NCBI RefSeq assembly: GCF_964204645.1
Contig: NC_134033.1
Coordinates: 1,632,131-1,696,130, forward strand
Length of the DNA stretch: 64,000 bases
Direction: 5' to 3'
From: Tubulanus polymorphus
Lineage: Eukaryota > Animalia > Nemertea
In this document: one piece after another, positions 1 through 14,400 of the stretch
Layout: every line of letters starts with the position of its first letter
Position numbering within the stretch: position 1 is the stretch's first letter
Program-made: the position numbers and the translations under genes
The notes under the pieces: model-generated
The model's database searches: none
The model's input: the letters and a program-made list of their open reading frames with translations, nothing else
What the model was told of the DNA's origin: nothing

Positions 1-268
1 CATTCTGACATTCATTTTCAAATAGATAACCCGATATAGCTGCCTTGCAGCTATGTCAGTTTTTTTCTGTTCTAAAACTACCTTGTATGCATCATTAAAG
101 TCAGTTCAAGAGAATAAAACATTTGTTATAGATGTTAATCCGATATAGCCGCCTCTAAACCTTAGATAATATAGATCTATACTTTCCGGAAATTCAAAAG
201 GTACTCCTCTCAGGAGAGTTGAGTCAATTATTTGATCCTAGCTCTTGGGAAGAATATCACGCCGAGTA

Positions 269-443
269 CAGTCAACCCCCGATATACCGCCCACATTGGT
301 GCAGAATGATTTTGGTAGTATAGAGAGTATGGCGGTATATCTGGGGTGTTTTACTATGTATTTGTATAGATATGTGCATTGAGAAAACCTGGCGGTAGGA
401 GGGGGTGTTGGTATATGGGAGGGCGGTATATCTGGGTTGACTG
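269..443. mobile_element. Non-autonomous DNA transposon (MITE), Tc1/mariner-pogo-like
   Basis: Imperfect terminal inverted repeats cagtcaacccccgatataccgccc / gggcggtatatctgggttgactg, preceded by TA. A second, inverted partial copy lies at about 32320-32548. Confidence 0.65.
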
Positions 444-854
444 CATTTAATTTAAAGAAATCAATGCCCCAGAGTAGCACCCTGGAACTATTGACCGGTG
501 GTCATCAGCAGTGGTCAGCTGTTGACCACCGAAAGCTGTCCACTTATAAACATTTGAAGATACTCGTAAACATTTGAAGACTCGTGGTATATGTTGAAGA
601 TACTTCAGAACGGGAACCGTCGCGTAAACAGTATTTAAACAACATCTGACCTGAAGAGACTGAACAGACGGTCATTCAGTATATATAGTCGTTACTGCGA
701 GCTATCCACAATGATTTGACGGGTTAACAGGAAGCGGATTAAACGATTAGAAGGTTCAAGACTCAATCAGCAAGGTTAGTAGACTACAAGAGATTTATAT
801 TTTGAAATTCAGGGCTGATTTCTGAATACGAACCCGGATCTTAAATGAATGTTT

Positions 855-1203
855 ACTTAGTTTTGGAAATGACTCATAGAATTGAGTCTAAACGTCACTT
901 ATCTCTTAGTTTTGAGTTTTGAAAATGGCTCATTGAATTGAGTCTAAACGTCAATACTCTCTTAGTTTTTTAAAATGGCTCATAGAATTGAATCTAAACG
1001 TCAATACTCTCTTAGTTTTTGAAAATGTCTCATAGAATTGAGTCTAAACGTCAATACTCTCTTAGTTTTTGAAAATGTCTCATAGAATTGAGTCTAAACG
1101 TCACTACTCTCTTAGTTTTGAAAATGGCTCATAGAATTGAGTCTAAACGTCACTACTCTCTTAGTTTTGAAAATGGCTCATAGAATTGAGTCTAAACGTC
1201 AAT
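855..1203 (+). repeat. Tandem repeat of about 51-52 bp (about 7 copies), decayed hammerhead-like unit
   Basis: Unit ttgaaaatggctcatagaattgagtctaaacgtcaatactctcttagttt. Dispersed relatives at about 12930-12962 (reverse) and 45140-45225. Confidence 0.9.
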
Positions 1204-1232
1204 ATCATCTGATTCTAGTGGTCTTCGTGGTG

Positions 1233-1279
1233 TACATACATACATACATACATACATACATACATACATACATACATAC
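1233..1279. repeat. (TACA)n microsatellite
   Basis: Seen directly in the sequence. Confidence 0.95.
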
Positions 1280-1309
1280 TTCAATCTTCGCGTATTCTTA
1301 TTTTTTAGA

Positions 1310-3997
1310 ATGAAACTTTATCTGTTATCGGTAGCTCTAATGCTGATACTTACTGAACCCATCCGTGGAGCCCTCTTCAACCATAACCCGTTCACAGATT
1401 TCAACAGGTAAAGTATAGACTCGGGCATCGATATATCTATCGCGATCCAGTTCGTTTGCTAAGCTTTATGTCGTTTGGATGTTGGTTTCCCAAGACTATA
1501 TATAACCCTATTGGAATGTTCATTTAACCTGACGACGGGATATATTGACACACTCTAAAGCAGTCTATGAAACAGCGAGCACTACGCCTTATGTCACCTG
1601 AGGTAACGAAGCCGCCGCCAGTAACAATATGTATAAAATCGACTCATTAAAACCCAACGCTGAATTTCTTCTCAAACTCAATTAAGATCGAACCGTAATT
1701 TCTCAAGTTCTATGCAAATTGTGCAAAACTAAATCTGTTGTGGTGATTTGCCTGATTTTCAGATTGTAAGACCAATAACTGAGACCATAGCTAATTGATA
1801 TTATCAATGATTTTGATCGGGTTCGCCTGATACGTATTTAAGTGGCGCCATCTGACGGGATAGCTCGCGTAGGCCGGTACTCCTTTCAGTTCACAATTAT
1901 GATTAAATGAAGGGGTTAATATGATCTTGTCGGTAATATTCGAGCCCTTTGACACGTTTCAACATTGGAGGTAGCCAACATCATTACGAGTCACGTCCTT
2001 TAGCGATCACCCTCTCTGACGCGCTGGCACAGTTTACCCATTTCGATATACCTATAGTTAATTCTACGTTAATTTTCTGCTGCAACATTTTAGGAAGACG
2101 GTCAATAAGCTGAAAGATGGGACCCGACTGACGATAAAATCGCTGAAACTATCGGCTACAAACGGCAAAGACAACGGCGCAAAATCAAACATTAAAAAAT
2201 TCCTAGGTTAGTGAATCCAAACGACATTGAGAAATGTCCTCGGTCTCGCGGTTCTGAATCAGGGGCGGATCCAGGGGCATGTTGTGACCATGACGACCAA
2301 TAAAAAGGGTATATATTCTTAATTTAGGGCGGAAAGGCATATCAGCAAAATTTTTGAAATTTTACTATCATTTTAGAACTTTCTGAGCATCTCTGAGAGG
2401 CATTTAGTCAAGAAACTTAGGTTATATATTTAGGAAAAATATCTATTGTGTATCTCAGGTGGTTACAACGGCAAATTTTGATACAGAGAAAAAATAAAAA
2501 GGCACTTTAAAATTCCGACCGTGTCGGGCGACACGGTCGACACGGTCTAAATCCGCCCCTGTGATTTAAAAACAAAAATTTTTCTTTATTTTCTATCCGT
2601 AATATTCTGTTTTAATTCCGTATAGTTGGGATTATTGCATTTAAAAATCCGTTGAGATAATCTGTCCGTGTTTTAGCTCTTCTGCAACCGATGGTCTCTG
2701 GTGGTAAATTTTCGGCTCCGCGACAACTCGAGGTCGAAAAGTACATGCTGGACACAATCAAGGAAAGATTGGGTGAAAAGAAAGTGAAGAAACTGGAAAG
2801 TGGAAGATTCGCCAATTTCCTGGAAGGAGAACAATTCGATATTTATAGTAAGTTCGAAGTTGAGGTAGTAAAATCCCTTGACATCAATTCTCATTAAGAA
2901 TAATCACAAATTGGGGACTCGAACCCGCGACGCGTATCTTTCCAAATATTTGTCTCCATCATGTAGGCCAACTAGATCAAATGGCCTTGCAACTATGATT
3001 TTCATGAACATCGTTTTACGTCTATAGCATATTTGTCCTGCTCCAGATAATGATTCAGTAAAAAACTGATATAGCTGCCTTGCCGCTATATTGAAAGGTC
3101 CTAAAATATTTTCAGAATGCTAGTTCAGCCGAAAATCGATAAAACTCTGTGGCTGATTGTTCCAGCACTTCCTAATATATCCAAAGCTCTCTTGCTGCCA
3201 TTTTGATATTCTTTTTAAAATTACGAATTGCTCATTTGGAGTAAATTCGTATATAGCTGCCTTGCTGCCATATTTGCTTTTGTTTTCTATTTTTACTAGA
3301 ATGCTCGTGCTCAACTTACGGCGACCCGCACGTAAAAACTTTCGACAAACGCTATTTCAGCGTCAACCAAGTCGGCAAATACGAGATGGTTAAAACTACT
3401 AACGAAGTGCCGGATAAATGTAGATTTTCGGTTGATATCATGAGTGATAAATTACCTCGTTGGAAACTTCCATTCGTCACTGAAGTTACCGTCAAATTCA
3501 ACGCTTTGAACAATCAGGAAATCGTCGTCAAACGTGACCTATCAGTCAAGGTACGCGTGTCCGCCCGTCACCAAAACCCAGTTGCACAATGGTGTGGGTT
3601 TAATTTGATTCTGAACTCAGTTCCACAGTTGTCTTGGTTTAATTTGACTGTGGACCCAGTTGAGTGAGTTTAATTACAACTCTGAACCCAGTTCCACAAT
3701 TGTGTCTGGGTTTAATTTGACTCTGCGTTCTTTCTTTTTCAGTACGACGATACAATATTGCAGGAACAAACAAATTTGAACAGCGAAATCGTATTTTACC
3801 CGCATACAACCGGTGCCGTAAAATACATCAGGATTTCCTACCCGGCCTGCAAAATCAATATCTTGTACAAAGAATCACACGGCGCAGCATTCGTCAGTGT
3901 TGATGACGTCATGTATGCGAGAAACGTCGACGGTTTATGCGGGTCATGTGACGGCGACAAGAACAACGATAAGACATCGTTCAATCCGATTGCGTAG
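1310..3997 (+). CDS. Secreted single von Willebrand factor type D (VWD) domain protein, paralog A, about 295 aa
   Basis: Exons 1310-1407, 2094-2206, 2677-2847, 3300-3550 and 3743-3997, all GT..AG and in phase (888 nt). Signal peptide MKLYLLSVALMLILTEPIRG. VWD motifs CSTYGDPHVKTFD and GLCGSCDGDKNND. Non-coding 5' exon donor at about 774. Confidence 0.88.
2260..2561. mobile_element. Non-autonomous DNA element in intron
   Basis: Inverted termini caggggcggatccagg / tctaaatccgcccctg. A similar element lies at about 53219-53513. Confidence 0.55.
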
Positions 3998-6002
3998 ATT
4001 CATATTTTCGATCACTAGTTAGGTTCGAATCCTGAATTATAAGTGTTCAAAACAGAAAAAAAGCCTACCTAGCTTATCATGTGTGTTGGACGTTTCTGTA
4101 ACCCGTAGAACAAACAATATCTTAGTGCAATCAGGATTCGAGGAAGGCTTTCAACAATTATAAAACTGCAAAATGTTTAGTTTGACAGTGAACGTAGCGA
4201 TATCTGTAGGTTAGAAATAAATACTAGTTATTGGATTTTTTTTTGTTTACTTTCTTTCTTGGTTTTAAGCCTTGCGATATCAGCTCTTACATGTGGTACA
4301 GACGACAGTCTTATATCTATATCTGATTCTGACCATAAATGCTGCTCTGGCAAGTGAGGATATTGCCAGGTGTCGCTAGTGTGTAGTAGGACATCAACAA
4401 TACGGCGGCAATGAGGATCCGCCAGGTGTCACTAGTCTGCAGTAAGGGAGAATTTTAAATCTAGAAATGAATTGATCATGACTGATGACCGACTGTGTGT
4501 AACAGTAATGTACGGTAAAGTATTCGATAGGAAGCAAAAGCGTGGAAAGAGCGGAGGACAGATCATAATAATAATAATAAGAGAATAACAATAGGGTTTT
4601 AGAAAATCAATCGATACTTTAGAATACTGAATATGATACATTTTCGAACGAACGAATCGTTTGAATTCTAACATTTCGCCACCTGCAGTACTTCAGATTC
4701 AACTTGCCTCATTTGCTAACCATAAAACCCTTTGTTGTATTCTAATTGACAGTCCGGTGGCGGTGAGGTCTTGCCTTACGGGCTAACTATGAATACCAAC
4801 CAAAGATATTCTAATAAAAACGATTTTTGAGATCTATTTTCGCGAATGCGCATGTTACAAGCTGTAACCTCAACGAACTGTACTGTTACGGCCACATACA
4901 GGTTATTATACACTTTATTAAACATATTACTGAATTTAGACATATGTCGCATCTGTTTCTATTGTCTTCAGAACCTAGTGTTGTCTTTCCGAGAAACAGC
5001 ACACCCTTCTGTCTGTTACAGTTCAGGAGCTAGGGCCGAAAAGTACATATTCGAATACGTTATATACGTTACCATTATATTTTCGGCGTCAGGGCCCAAA
5101 CGGTTGATCACTGATAAAAAATATCTCACAAGGATCCAGTTCCATTAAATTTTGTTAAAACATTGATAATGTACTGATTTCAACTCTGATTTGAATCTAA
5201 CTCACAACTGCGGTACTGGATTCAGTTCCGCAGTTGTGAGTTGAATTAACTCTGAGTTAAAATTACGGATAAGTTCATTTTCGATGTGTTAACTGTAAGT
5301 CAAATCATAACTCACAACATTACACTGGAATCGTGCCAACGTCGTTAGCTGTAACTCTCCCGCTGATGGCAAGAAGCTTGATTTAAAAAAAAAGGTTTTT
5401 CCTAAATTTGAAAATTTCATGAATATCCGATGATAAATGAAGGGGAAATGAAGAATTTTTTTTGTATAAGATCCCTGTGAGCACAAGAATAGACGCGGGA
5501 AATAAAAGAAGCGGAGTTTCTGCAGAAATCTCAGTTCGTCAGCTGTGGAAGAAAAAAGCAAAATGGAAGAAAAAAAGTAAAACGACAATAGACGCCCGAG
5601 ACATCCAGAAATCTCACGAAGTACCAGTCAATGGCCCCCCGGCTAGTACCCTGGGACTATTGACCTGTTCGTCAGCTGTCGAACGATCAAAGCTGTCATC
5701 TTATAACTATTTTAACACTTCAGAGCACGAAACGGCAAATAAACAAGAACATCGAACCTGAACAGACACGTGTTATCTATAACCGTCACTTCGACCGCCA
5801 TCGACTAGATCATACAGATTAACAGGCTGTGGATTAACGGATTAGTAGACTCAATCCGCTAGGTAAACATAGTAAACCGAACATAGAAAATGTGATCATA
5901 ATTAAACAGTTTTTTTTCACAGATTTACACGTCATATTTGAGTATTTTGTTTGTGAAGGTACTCAAGTTTTTCACGAATTTCTTTATGGATTATTTTTCA
6001 GA

Positions 6003-9000
6003 ATGAAACTGGTTCTGTTATCGGTGGTTCTTGTGGTTCTAACTGAACCCGTCAGTGGAATGTTCATCTTCCCATATGACCCGAATTCAAACAGGTAAAA
6101 TAGGACCATGGACTCGTATGAACTGAGTTGTATACGAGTCACTGAATAGACCATGGGCTCGTATAAACTAGAGTTGTATACGACCATAAATAGACCATGG
6201 GCTCGTATAAACTAGAGTTGTGTACATCCATAAATAGACCATGAGCTCGTATAAACCGAGTCCATGAATACACCTATTCCACACCGGACCGCGTCAATGT
6301 TCAGTTAAGCTCGGCGTCAATGTTTAATTAAGCTCGGCTGAAATTTTGAAACGATTTATTTCCATGCAGACATAAAAATGAATTTATGGGTTCAGACCCT
6401 GGTGGCGAGTTTCCTGGTCGAAGATTCTTCTCTGGTCGCTCCCCCATTGGGAGAAAGAAACATCAAACTCGCTTATAAGGCCCTGCGTGGCGCTTAGCGG
6501 GTTGAGGGTGTTGAAAAAAATGTTCAAGAATACGTCGGGCATTCGACGAATGGCGATACGATGTCGGGATCCTAGGGTACTGATTCAAAAATTGTCTTTT
6601 GATTGTCGATATATCCGGCCATCCTTTCTGATCATCACACGTCATCCGTAACTCCCTACGACGAGTTTCTGTAATATTCGGATTGTGAAGGACACGCAAT
6701 AATCTTACTTCTGGGGCCGGTTGCACAGTCGTGACTTAAGTCCAAAAGTGGTCTTAAATCTTAAATCTTAAGACTGGTCTTAAGCTGTTTGATTGGCTAT
6801 AGAACTAAAATGAGCTTGGCCTGGTCTTAAGTTGTTAGATTGGTTATAGAACTAAAATGAGCTTAGACCGGTCTTAAGTTGTTAGATTGGCTATAGAACT
6901 AAGTTGGTCTTAGACTGGTCTATGCCATGACTATGCAACCGGCCCCAGGTTATTATCTGCGATATTTTAGCGTGACAATCAAACAGCTGGAGGACGGGAC
7001 CGTTGAGGCAGTAGGTGCCCTGAAACTGACGGCTGAAAACGGACAGGACAACGGCGCTTCAGCGAGCGTTCGGAATTTTCTAAGTAAGTTGTTAATCCAA
7101 ACAACACTGACTCATCGGTTCGATATTGGTTGTTTGGGAAATCGAACTGGAACCGAAATTTCCATTCATGAAACTGTTTCGAATAAGAAGAAAATCCTGT
7201 AAATTCGACTCATCGTCCAGCGCTATATCTGTACTCCAATTTTCGATTTCAAAATCAAACCCCCTGTCGTTTCGTTGGGTAGGGAAGCTATGTAAGGGGA
7301 ACAAAATTCAACCAAATCAAAATCAATCGATAAATCAAATTAGTATATAAGAGGCACGATTTCTTATTTCTAGATAAGAAAAAATATGTTTTTGAAATAT
7401 ACCATCTTTAAGTTTTGAGTCAAAATACGCAACTGAATCCTACGCCATGATAATCTTTCTTAATCTGTTTAATCCCTTGACATTTTCTTATATCAAGTCT
7501 AGCACTATACTATAAGTTGTTAATATGTTTTAATCCTTAGAGATTATCTATTATATTCTTATAAGTCCAACGCTATGCTAAAGATAATCTTCCTTAATCA
7601 GTTAATTAATCCTTTGAGATTATCTACCTGTTCTTAAGATCTTCTACAACCGTTGCTCAACAAAGCGCCTTCGGCTGCGCTGCAAATCGAGGCCGAGGAG
7701 TCCGTGTTGGACTCCATTAAGGACGAGCTCGGCGAAGGAAACGTGAAGAAACTGGAACGTGGAAAATTCGCCGAATTTCTGGCAGGGGAGGAATTCGATA
7801 TTTACAGTAAGTTCGAATTAAAAAAAACAAAAAAGATTTTAAGAAATTAAATAATAAATCTTAATCAAACATTTGGGACTCGAACCTGTTTGGCATCACT
7901 CAGGCGTACCGATGATGACTAATAGTTAATAGCCGAAACGGTGCTCGAAAAATATATCATTTTAACACAGAACTTTTCATTTTCTGACTGAATTCATCGT
8001 GGGATTTCTCTCGTTATTTATCAGAATAGTTTCATAAAAATATAAATCCAATCCGGTATATCACTGCCTAGCAAATATTCATTCATTTATAATTCCTGCT
8101 GAAAGAAAAACTCATTTAGCTGCCTCGCTACCATATTGGATGATACTTAAATACTTAAGTGCTCTCCGATCAGCTAGTTCAGCCAAAGTCGTCTAAAGAT
8201 AAAGTTGTCTTGCTGCCATATTTTTAATGCTATTTGAATGTTCAAGCTCCAAGGTCGAAGAACCCTATATTGCTGCTTTGCTGCCATATTCATTTTGTTG
8301 TTTATTCACTAGACTGCTCGTGTTCCACTTGGGGCGACCCGCACGTGGCAAGCTTCAACAAACGCTATTTTGGCGTTACCGGAGTCGGCAAATACGAGAT
8401 GGTTAAAACTACAAGCGAAGTGCCGGATAAATGTAGATTTTCGGTTGATATTATGAGTGATAAATTACCGCGTTGGAAACTTCCACTCGTCACTAAAGTT
8501 TTCATCAAATTCAACGCCTTGAACAATCAGGAAATCGTCGTTAATCGTGACCTGTCAATCAAGGTACGTGTGTCCACCCGTCACCAAAACCCAGTCGGAC
8601 GGTTGTGTGGGTTTATTTTGACTTTGGATCCAGTTCCACAGTGGGTTTAACTTGACTCAGGATCCAGTTCCACAGTTGTGTGGATTTGATTTGACTCTGG
8701 ACCCAGTTCCACAGTTGTGTGGGTATAATAGAACCCTGGACCCAGTTCCACAGTTATGTGGGTTTAATAGAACTCTAGACCCAGTTCCACAGTTGTATGG
8801 GTTTAATAGAACTCTGGACCCAGTTCCACAGTTGTATGGGTTTAACAGAACTCTGGACCCACAGTTCCACAGTTGTGTGGGTTTAAACTACCTGTTTTAA
8901 AGGAAAAACATTCACTTTGTCTTCCAGTATCAAGACACAATATTGCAGGAACAAACAAATTTGAACAGCGAAATCGTATTTTACCCGCATACAACCGGTG

Positions 9001-9182
9001 CCGTAAAATACATCAGGATTTCCTACCCGGCCTGCAAAATCAATATCATGTATAAAGCATCGCACGGTACCGCATTCGTCAGTGTTGATGACGTCATGTA
9101 TGCGAGAAAGGTCGACGGTTTGTGCGGGTCATGTGACGGCGATAAGAACAACGATAAGACATCGTTCAATCCGATCGAGTAG
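6003..9182 (+). CDS. Secreted single VWD-domain protein, paralog B, about 292 aa
   Basis: Exons 6003-6094, 6971-7083, 7639-7806, 8313-8563 and 8928-9182 (879 nt), with the same phases as paralog A. Signal MKLVLLSVVLVVLTEPVSG. Motifs CSTWGDPHVASFN and GLCGSCDGDKNND. Confidence 0.88.
6711..6948. mobile_element. MITE with GGGGCC termini and internal tandem repeats (PIF/Harbinger-like by inference)
   Basis: TIR of about 23 bp, ctggggccggttgcacagtcgtg / catgactatgcaaccggccccag, with internal cttaagttgttagattggctatagaac repeats. Family copies at about 10400-10600, 14850-15082, 30141-30290, 59380-59685 and 60971-61094. Confidence 0.75.
8590..8885. repeat. About 39-bp ccagttccacagttgtg satellite in intron
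   Basis: Tandem gacccagttccacagttgtgtgggtttaatttgactctg. The same family occurs at 3580-3720, 18105-18500, 51630-52050 and 60085-60480. Confidence 0.9.
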
Positions 9183-11403
9183 GTTCATTTCGGCCGATCT
9201 ATTCGGGCTCGAATCCCGAATTATAACAGTGTTCTTAAATCGCGTAATATCTTTTAGAATTTTAGCCTCACCTGAAAATTAGCCAGATTACTGTAAGCCT
9301 ATAAAACAGTTAATCGCAGTGAATCTGACTTTCCTGCTATAAATCTTTAGTGTATTAAACCAGAATTAAAGGAAGGCGTTTACAAATAACAAACTTCTGC
9401 ATATAACGTGTCTAAGCAAACGCTAAGAACTGTATTAGGTTAGAAATAAATAGTAATTACTCAATAGTTGTTTTTGTTTTAACTTTCTTGATTCATCCAT
9501 AATCGTGTGTGAAGGACTCTGATATTATTGAACACTTGTACAGACTACAGCCTCATATGTTTATCTTATTCTAACTATGAATGCTGCTCTGGTAAGTGAC
9601 GATCCACCAGGTGTCGAACATTAATTACTGTAGCAATAGCAGATTCCACTTGTGGCAAGGGAGGATCCACCAGGTGTCGCTAGTGTGCAGTACAACATCA
9701 ACCACTGCGCTACGGGCCTGGAATTCAAAGATATCTTAACAACGATTTTCTGAGCGATCACGCAATGATGACGTAATCAAGATGAAAAATAGGGGACCCG
9801 GGTAAAGCGTATAATTCCTATAGGCCGCCCCTTAAAAAGTTGAGCTACGGTCCTCTGAAGCCCAGCCTTCCAATTTTCCTAGATGCGCCCCTGAGGCCTT
9901 CTGATATATTTCCAAATTTGAAAAAAATGAATTATTTTCTAAAACCAAACAACCACGCGATATCGTTATCCATAGCGGGTGTTAATTCGTAGGCTACCAT
10001 TAAAAAAACTGAACTACATATGACTGCATTTACATTTCAAATACGCGATAATGACGGTTTGGGTAAAATATCGGCAGATTGCGACCGGATTAGAACTCAT
10101 ACCGCTGTCGGTGTTATTCCGAATAGCAGCACAAGCCGTCTGCTACTAAGGAAGACGAGAACAAGGAACAGATTGGTGCGCGGATATCGCAACACAGGTA
10201 CTACTGCAGCCCAGAGTTTGGCAATGGTCAAACCCTTGGAGTAATCAGTCTGATAACTCCAAGGTCAAACATACCTTGCAGCGTAGATACTGAAAATGAC
10301 TGATTTTTCTTGTAAGGTAGACTCTGAGAGTCTGTTTTTTCAACATTCGAAATCTATCCGGATATTTCAATGTATTACGTCTGGTTTCGCATTACACGAA
10401 AGGCCCAAAATGAGCTAGGACTGGTTTTAAGTTGTAAGATTGGCTATAGAACTTAGAAAATGAACTTAGACCGGTGTTAAGTTGCTATAATATTGGTTAT
10501 AGAACCAAAATGAGCTTAGACTGGTCTTAAGTTGTTAGATTGGCTATAGAACCCAAATGAGCTTAGGCTGGCCTTAAGTTATTAGATTGGTTATAAACCA
10601 ACCACGAATTTACGAAAAATATTCTACTATTGAATATTTGTTGAGAACTAGGAGATGTTGAAGCCAAGATCAGCGTCATAACTTAGATCAGACCTAAAAC
10701 ATAAACCACAATCAATCAACTTTAAAGTTGGCAGACTTCATGCCTCGTCTCCAATGCAACCATTTTATATTAGTGAAATACAGAATATACGATTTTATGT
10801 TTTTTTCAATATGACTACAGATTACTACAGATTACTAGCTTACTTAAGTACACGCTGTTACAATTGCGACGCTATATAAATATGTTAAATACTTTTAACA
10901 TATTCAAAATACGTTTTTGAAAACAGTCGCAGTGTGTCTACCGTATATGCAAGGGCATATGGCACAAGACTGTGTGTATCCGAGCGTTAGAAAGACCCCT
11001 TAAAACAATTTTAGAACAAAGAGAACCCTCGAGAGCGTCGGGATTCGATTCTTAACGAAATATTCCTTACCTAGTTTTCAATTTGCACCTCTAAAATCTT
11101 CGAAATTCCTTGTTATTCCTTTTCAAGTAAATTATAACTCGAATAAGAATTTACTAGCCTTGCAATACGGTGGAACTAGGCTCTATAAATGTGGAACTCT
11201 AAGGCGCTACACACACAGCGGAACTGAATATACTGCAGAAATGTGGTTCTACAACTGTGGAACTGATAGGCTCTACAAGTGTGGAACTATAGACTATATA
11301 CAACCGCAAAACTGATTGAATAGCACAACTGGTTCTACAACTGTGAACTGTAGGCCCACACCCCTCCAAACAAGTCACTATGTCATTCATTTATTTACAG
11401 TCA

Positions 11404-14400
11404 ATGATGCTGTCGTCCATTTTGTTTTTGATGTTGACCTACTCGGTGGCGCACGTATCGTCTCAGAAAAAACCGACCGGTTGTTTTGCTTCTGTCAATT
11501 GCATAGAGAGGGCGCTGTTCAAGGAAAGCTCGTTGATACACGAAGTCGATCAACTCTGGTTGGATGTTGATCCGGTCACCGTCGATAAGGAACCCGAATT
11601 GAGCTCATTCAGAAAGTAATTTTGATTTTCATCTAGCGTGAAATGATTTATTTTGCATCGATTGAGTGCTGGGTAAGAGAAGCGGGTTCGCTCGGGCAAC
11701 ACTTCTAAGGCTGTGGTCCTGTGTGAGGTTAAAGGCTTATAGTCTTGGGAAACCAACGTGCTAACCACGTAGTGCAAGATAAACAGACCCAAACAAAGAT
11801 GCAAATTGATACCTTTGTGCTGACCAATCAGTACTTTCATTGATATGTAAAAGGAAACTTGATTGGTCGCTAAAACTAGACAATCGACCAATCAGAGCTT
11901 GGAACGCTTGCATAAGAATGCGTTCTTTAGAAACCATCTCTGATTGGTTAATGTGCGCGGTCATACCTCAGCTGACTGGCCAATCAGAACTGTCAACACT
12001 TGACCGGCCCGCGGTCACTGATTGGTCCATTGATAAGACAAATAATTAATGTTTTTCATAATGATAGTAATCTTCATTTTTCAAAGAAATTGAAACTTAA
12101 AACATAATATTCACACATATAAATATAGATACCAGCTTTTAATTGCAGCTTTGTACAAAAAACTCGATTAGAAAATTCTGAGGCGATAGTACGAGGCAGC
12201 CGACATCAGAATGCCATCAATCTGTTCCACCAGACCAGACGGATGGCCATCGAGTGGAAAAGCCAGTTACAGAGCCTGTCGCAGCTACTGGCGCGAGAAC
12301 CAACCGAGCCGCGTGCGCACTGGTATTGCGAGGCTACGAGAACGCAGGCGGTGCCGGCCTACGGTCAGAAATACAACCGACAACAGACGATGGATAAACT
12401 GAGAGGTAGGTCGGAGATGGCATCTGGCCTCTCAGTTTCACAAAAAAGTTAAACTCAGATTTTTGGTGTAATTGCCAATGGTTACTTCATGTTTTCAATG
12501 CGGACAACAATTCAAACTTAACCGTTTTAGGCTAAAACTTTTTCGTGAAACTGGGCCCTGAAAACTTTGAGTAAAAAATAGAAACTTGTCCTCATAACCT
12601 AGAGGTGGTGGTTCGGATACTAGTGGAACCGTGCCCATTGGGCCGACATGTCGTGTGTTAATTCCTGATCTTAAGAGATCTTGAGATCCTTCAACCGGAA
12701 GAAGGGAATTTAAACGGAAGAGGAAATTCGAGTCTGATACCTACGTATGCGAGCTAGCAAGACTGGTATTGATTCATCAATCGGCCACCTGGGGGCGCCA
12801 GTTGCACATCTGGTAGATTTTCTGTTTTTTTGTAATTATTATGGTAAATGTTTTGCCTCCACATATACCATGGAAGTTAGGTAAAGTTAATAAACCCACC
12901 GTAAGAAATAAAACTAAGAGATAGTTTCAACGTTTTAACTCAATTCTAAGAGCCATTTCCAAAAATATGGCTGAGAGTGTAATCGAATTTCCGCATTCGT
13001 ATAAGATCTATGGCTTCAATCGGGATTCAGTCTTGACTTCTCTCTGTTGTTGTCGTTATAGAATTTATTGATAAAGCCGTTCCGATGATCTCAGGTCGTT
13101 CGTGGTTAGACGACATGGACATGATGGGCGCCTCGAACGCGCTATTCCAGATGCGCAAAGTCTACCAGTTATCGATCGACGATCTTATAGCCGGTAGGCT
13201 AATAGATGGCGTCGTAGTCAAGCCGCTGGACGCGGAAGATTTACGGTTGGTGTGTCAGTTCATTTTCGAGCAGAATCTCATCCACAAACAGGCTGAATTG
13301 TGGGGTCAGAAGTGGTTGGAAGTAGTCGACAGAACGAATCCGGATGGTTATGAAGATGCTCTGTTGCACTACGCCAACTTGTTATATAAGGTATTAAAAT
13401 GTGCTTGTATTACTAGTGATCCCTACAGGTGCATCTTCATGTAACGTATCAATACTGAAGTTAGGAACTAAAGTAACTTCCCGGTTAACCACTGCAGCTT
13501 CTGTGATATCTCCATTTTGTTTTCGCAGAGGAACGACCCCTATCGGGCATTGGAAATAGTAGAACATATAAGGATCATTTGTAAGTTTTTTTTTTTCTAA
13601 ACGCATATAACTTTAAATCCAGCGAAGTAGAATTCAATACGACCAGCTAACTACTAGCACACCTGGCGGATCCTCGCCTGCCATACGTGGAATCCTCGAT
13701 TGCCACAGTAGCACTGCGGGCATTGAAAACACGAAGATTGCAGCAACTCAACCAAAAATATGAGTTATAACTTTTTCCGAGAAATCGGACCCCGAGGGAG
13801 AAGATTCTAACTAACCAAATTCAGAACCTAAATGTTTTGCCGTTTTAATTCTTTCCATCGAAAGACCCGAACAAAACCGGACTGGACGAATTCGAAGCCG
13901 AATTGAGGAGCGCGTTCAACAAGGGCTCGTGTTCGCTTGAACGACCTGTTTATCCTCACTACATGAAAGACATCGCCGAAACTTACGATAACCTCTGCAA
14001 TCAGCACTCTTACATCAGTAATCTGGTAAGTGTGTTCGCGAGAAAGATTTGGAGCAGCAGTTCATTATCAAGATGGTAATCGAACAGGATTTAACGTCGA
14101 AGGACAAATTAAATCATTGGTCAAGCTATCATCTTATCATTCATTCATTCAAAGCCCCTTTACAGCAAAAGATAATATTTACAGCAAAAGATGATACTTA
14201 TATAAAAAGTTCCACAACAATTTTAACTTTCAAGTTTTCTCCTTTCAACTTTTTAAACACCCTTTATTTGATTCTTTTAAATCTTTTCTGTATTCAGAAC
14301 GCCTGATGATGGCCAATAGTTTTTAGTCGCTCAAAATATATTTACTATCATTTACTCAACTTTGGCTGAAATTATCATAAATTTCGTTAATTTTCGTTTC

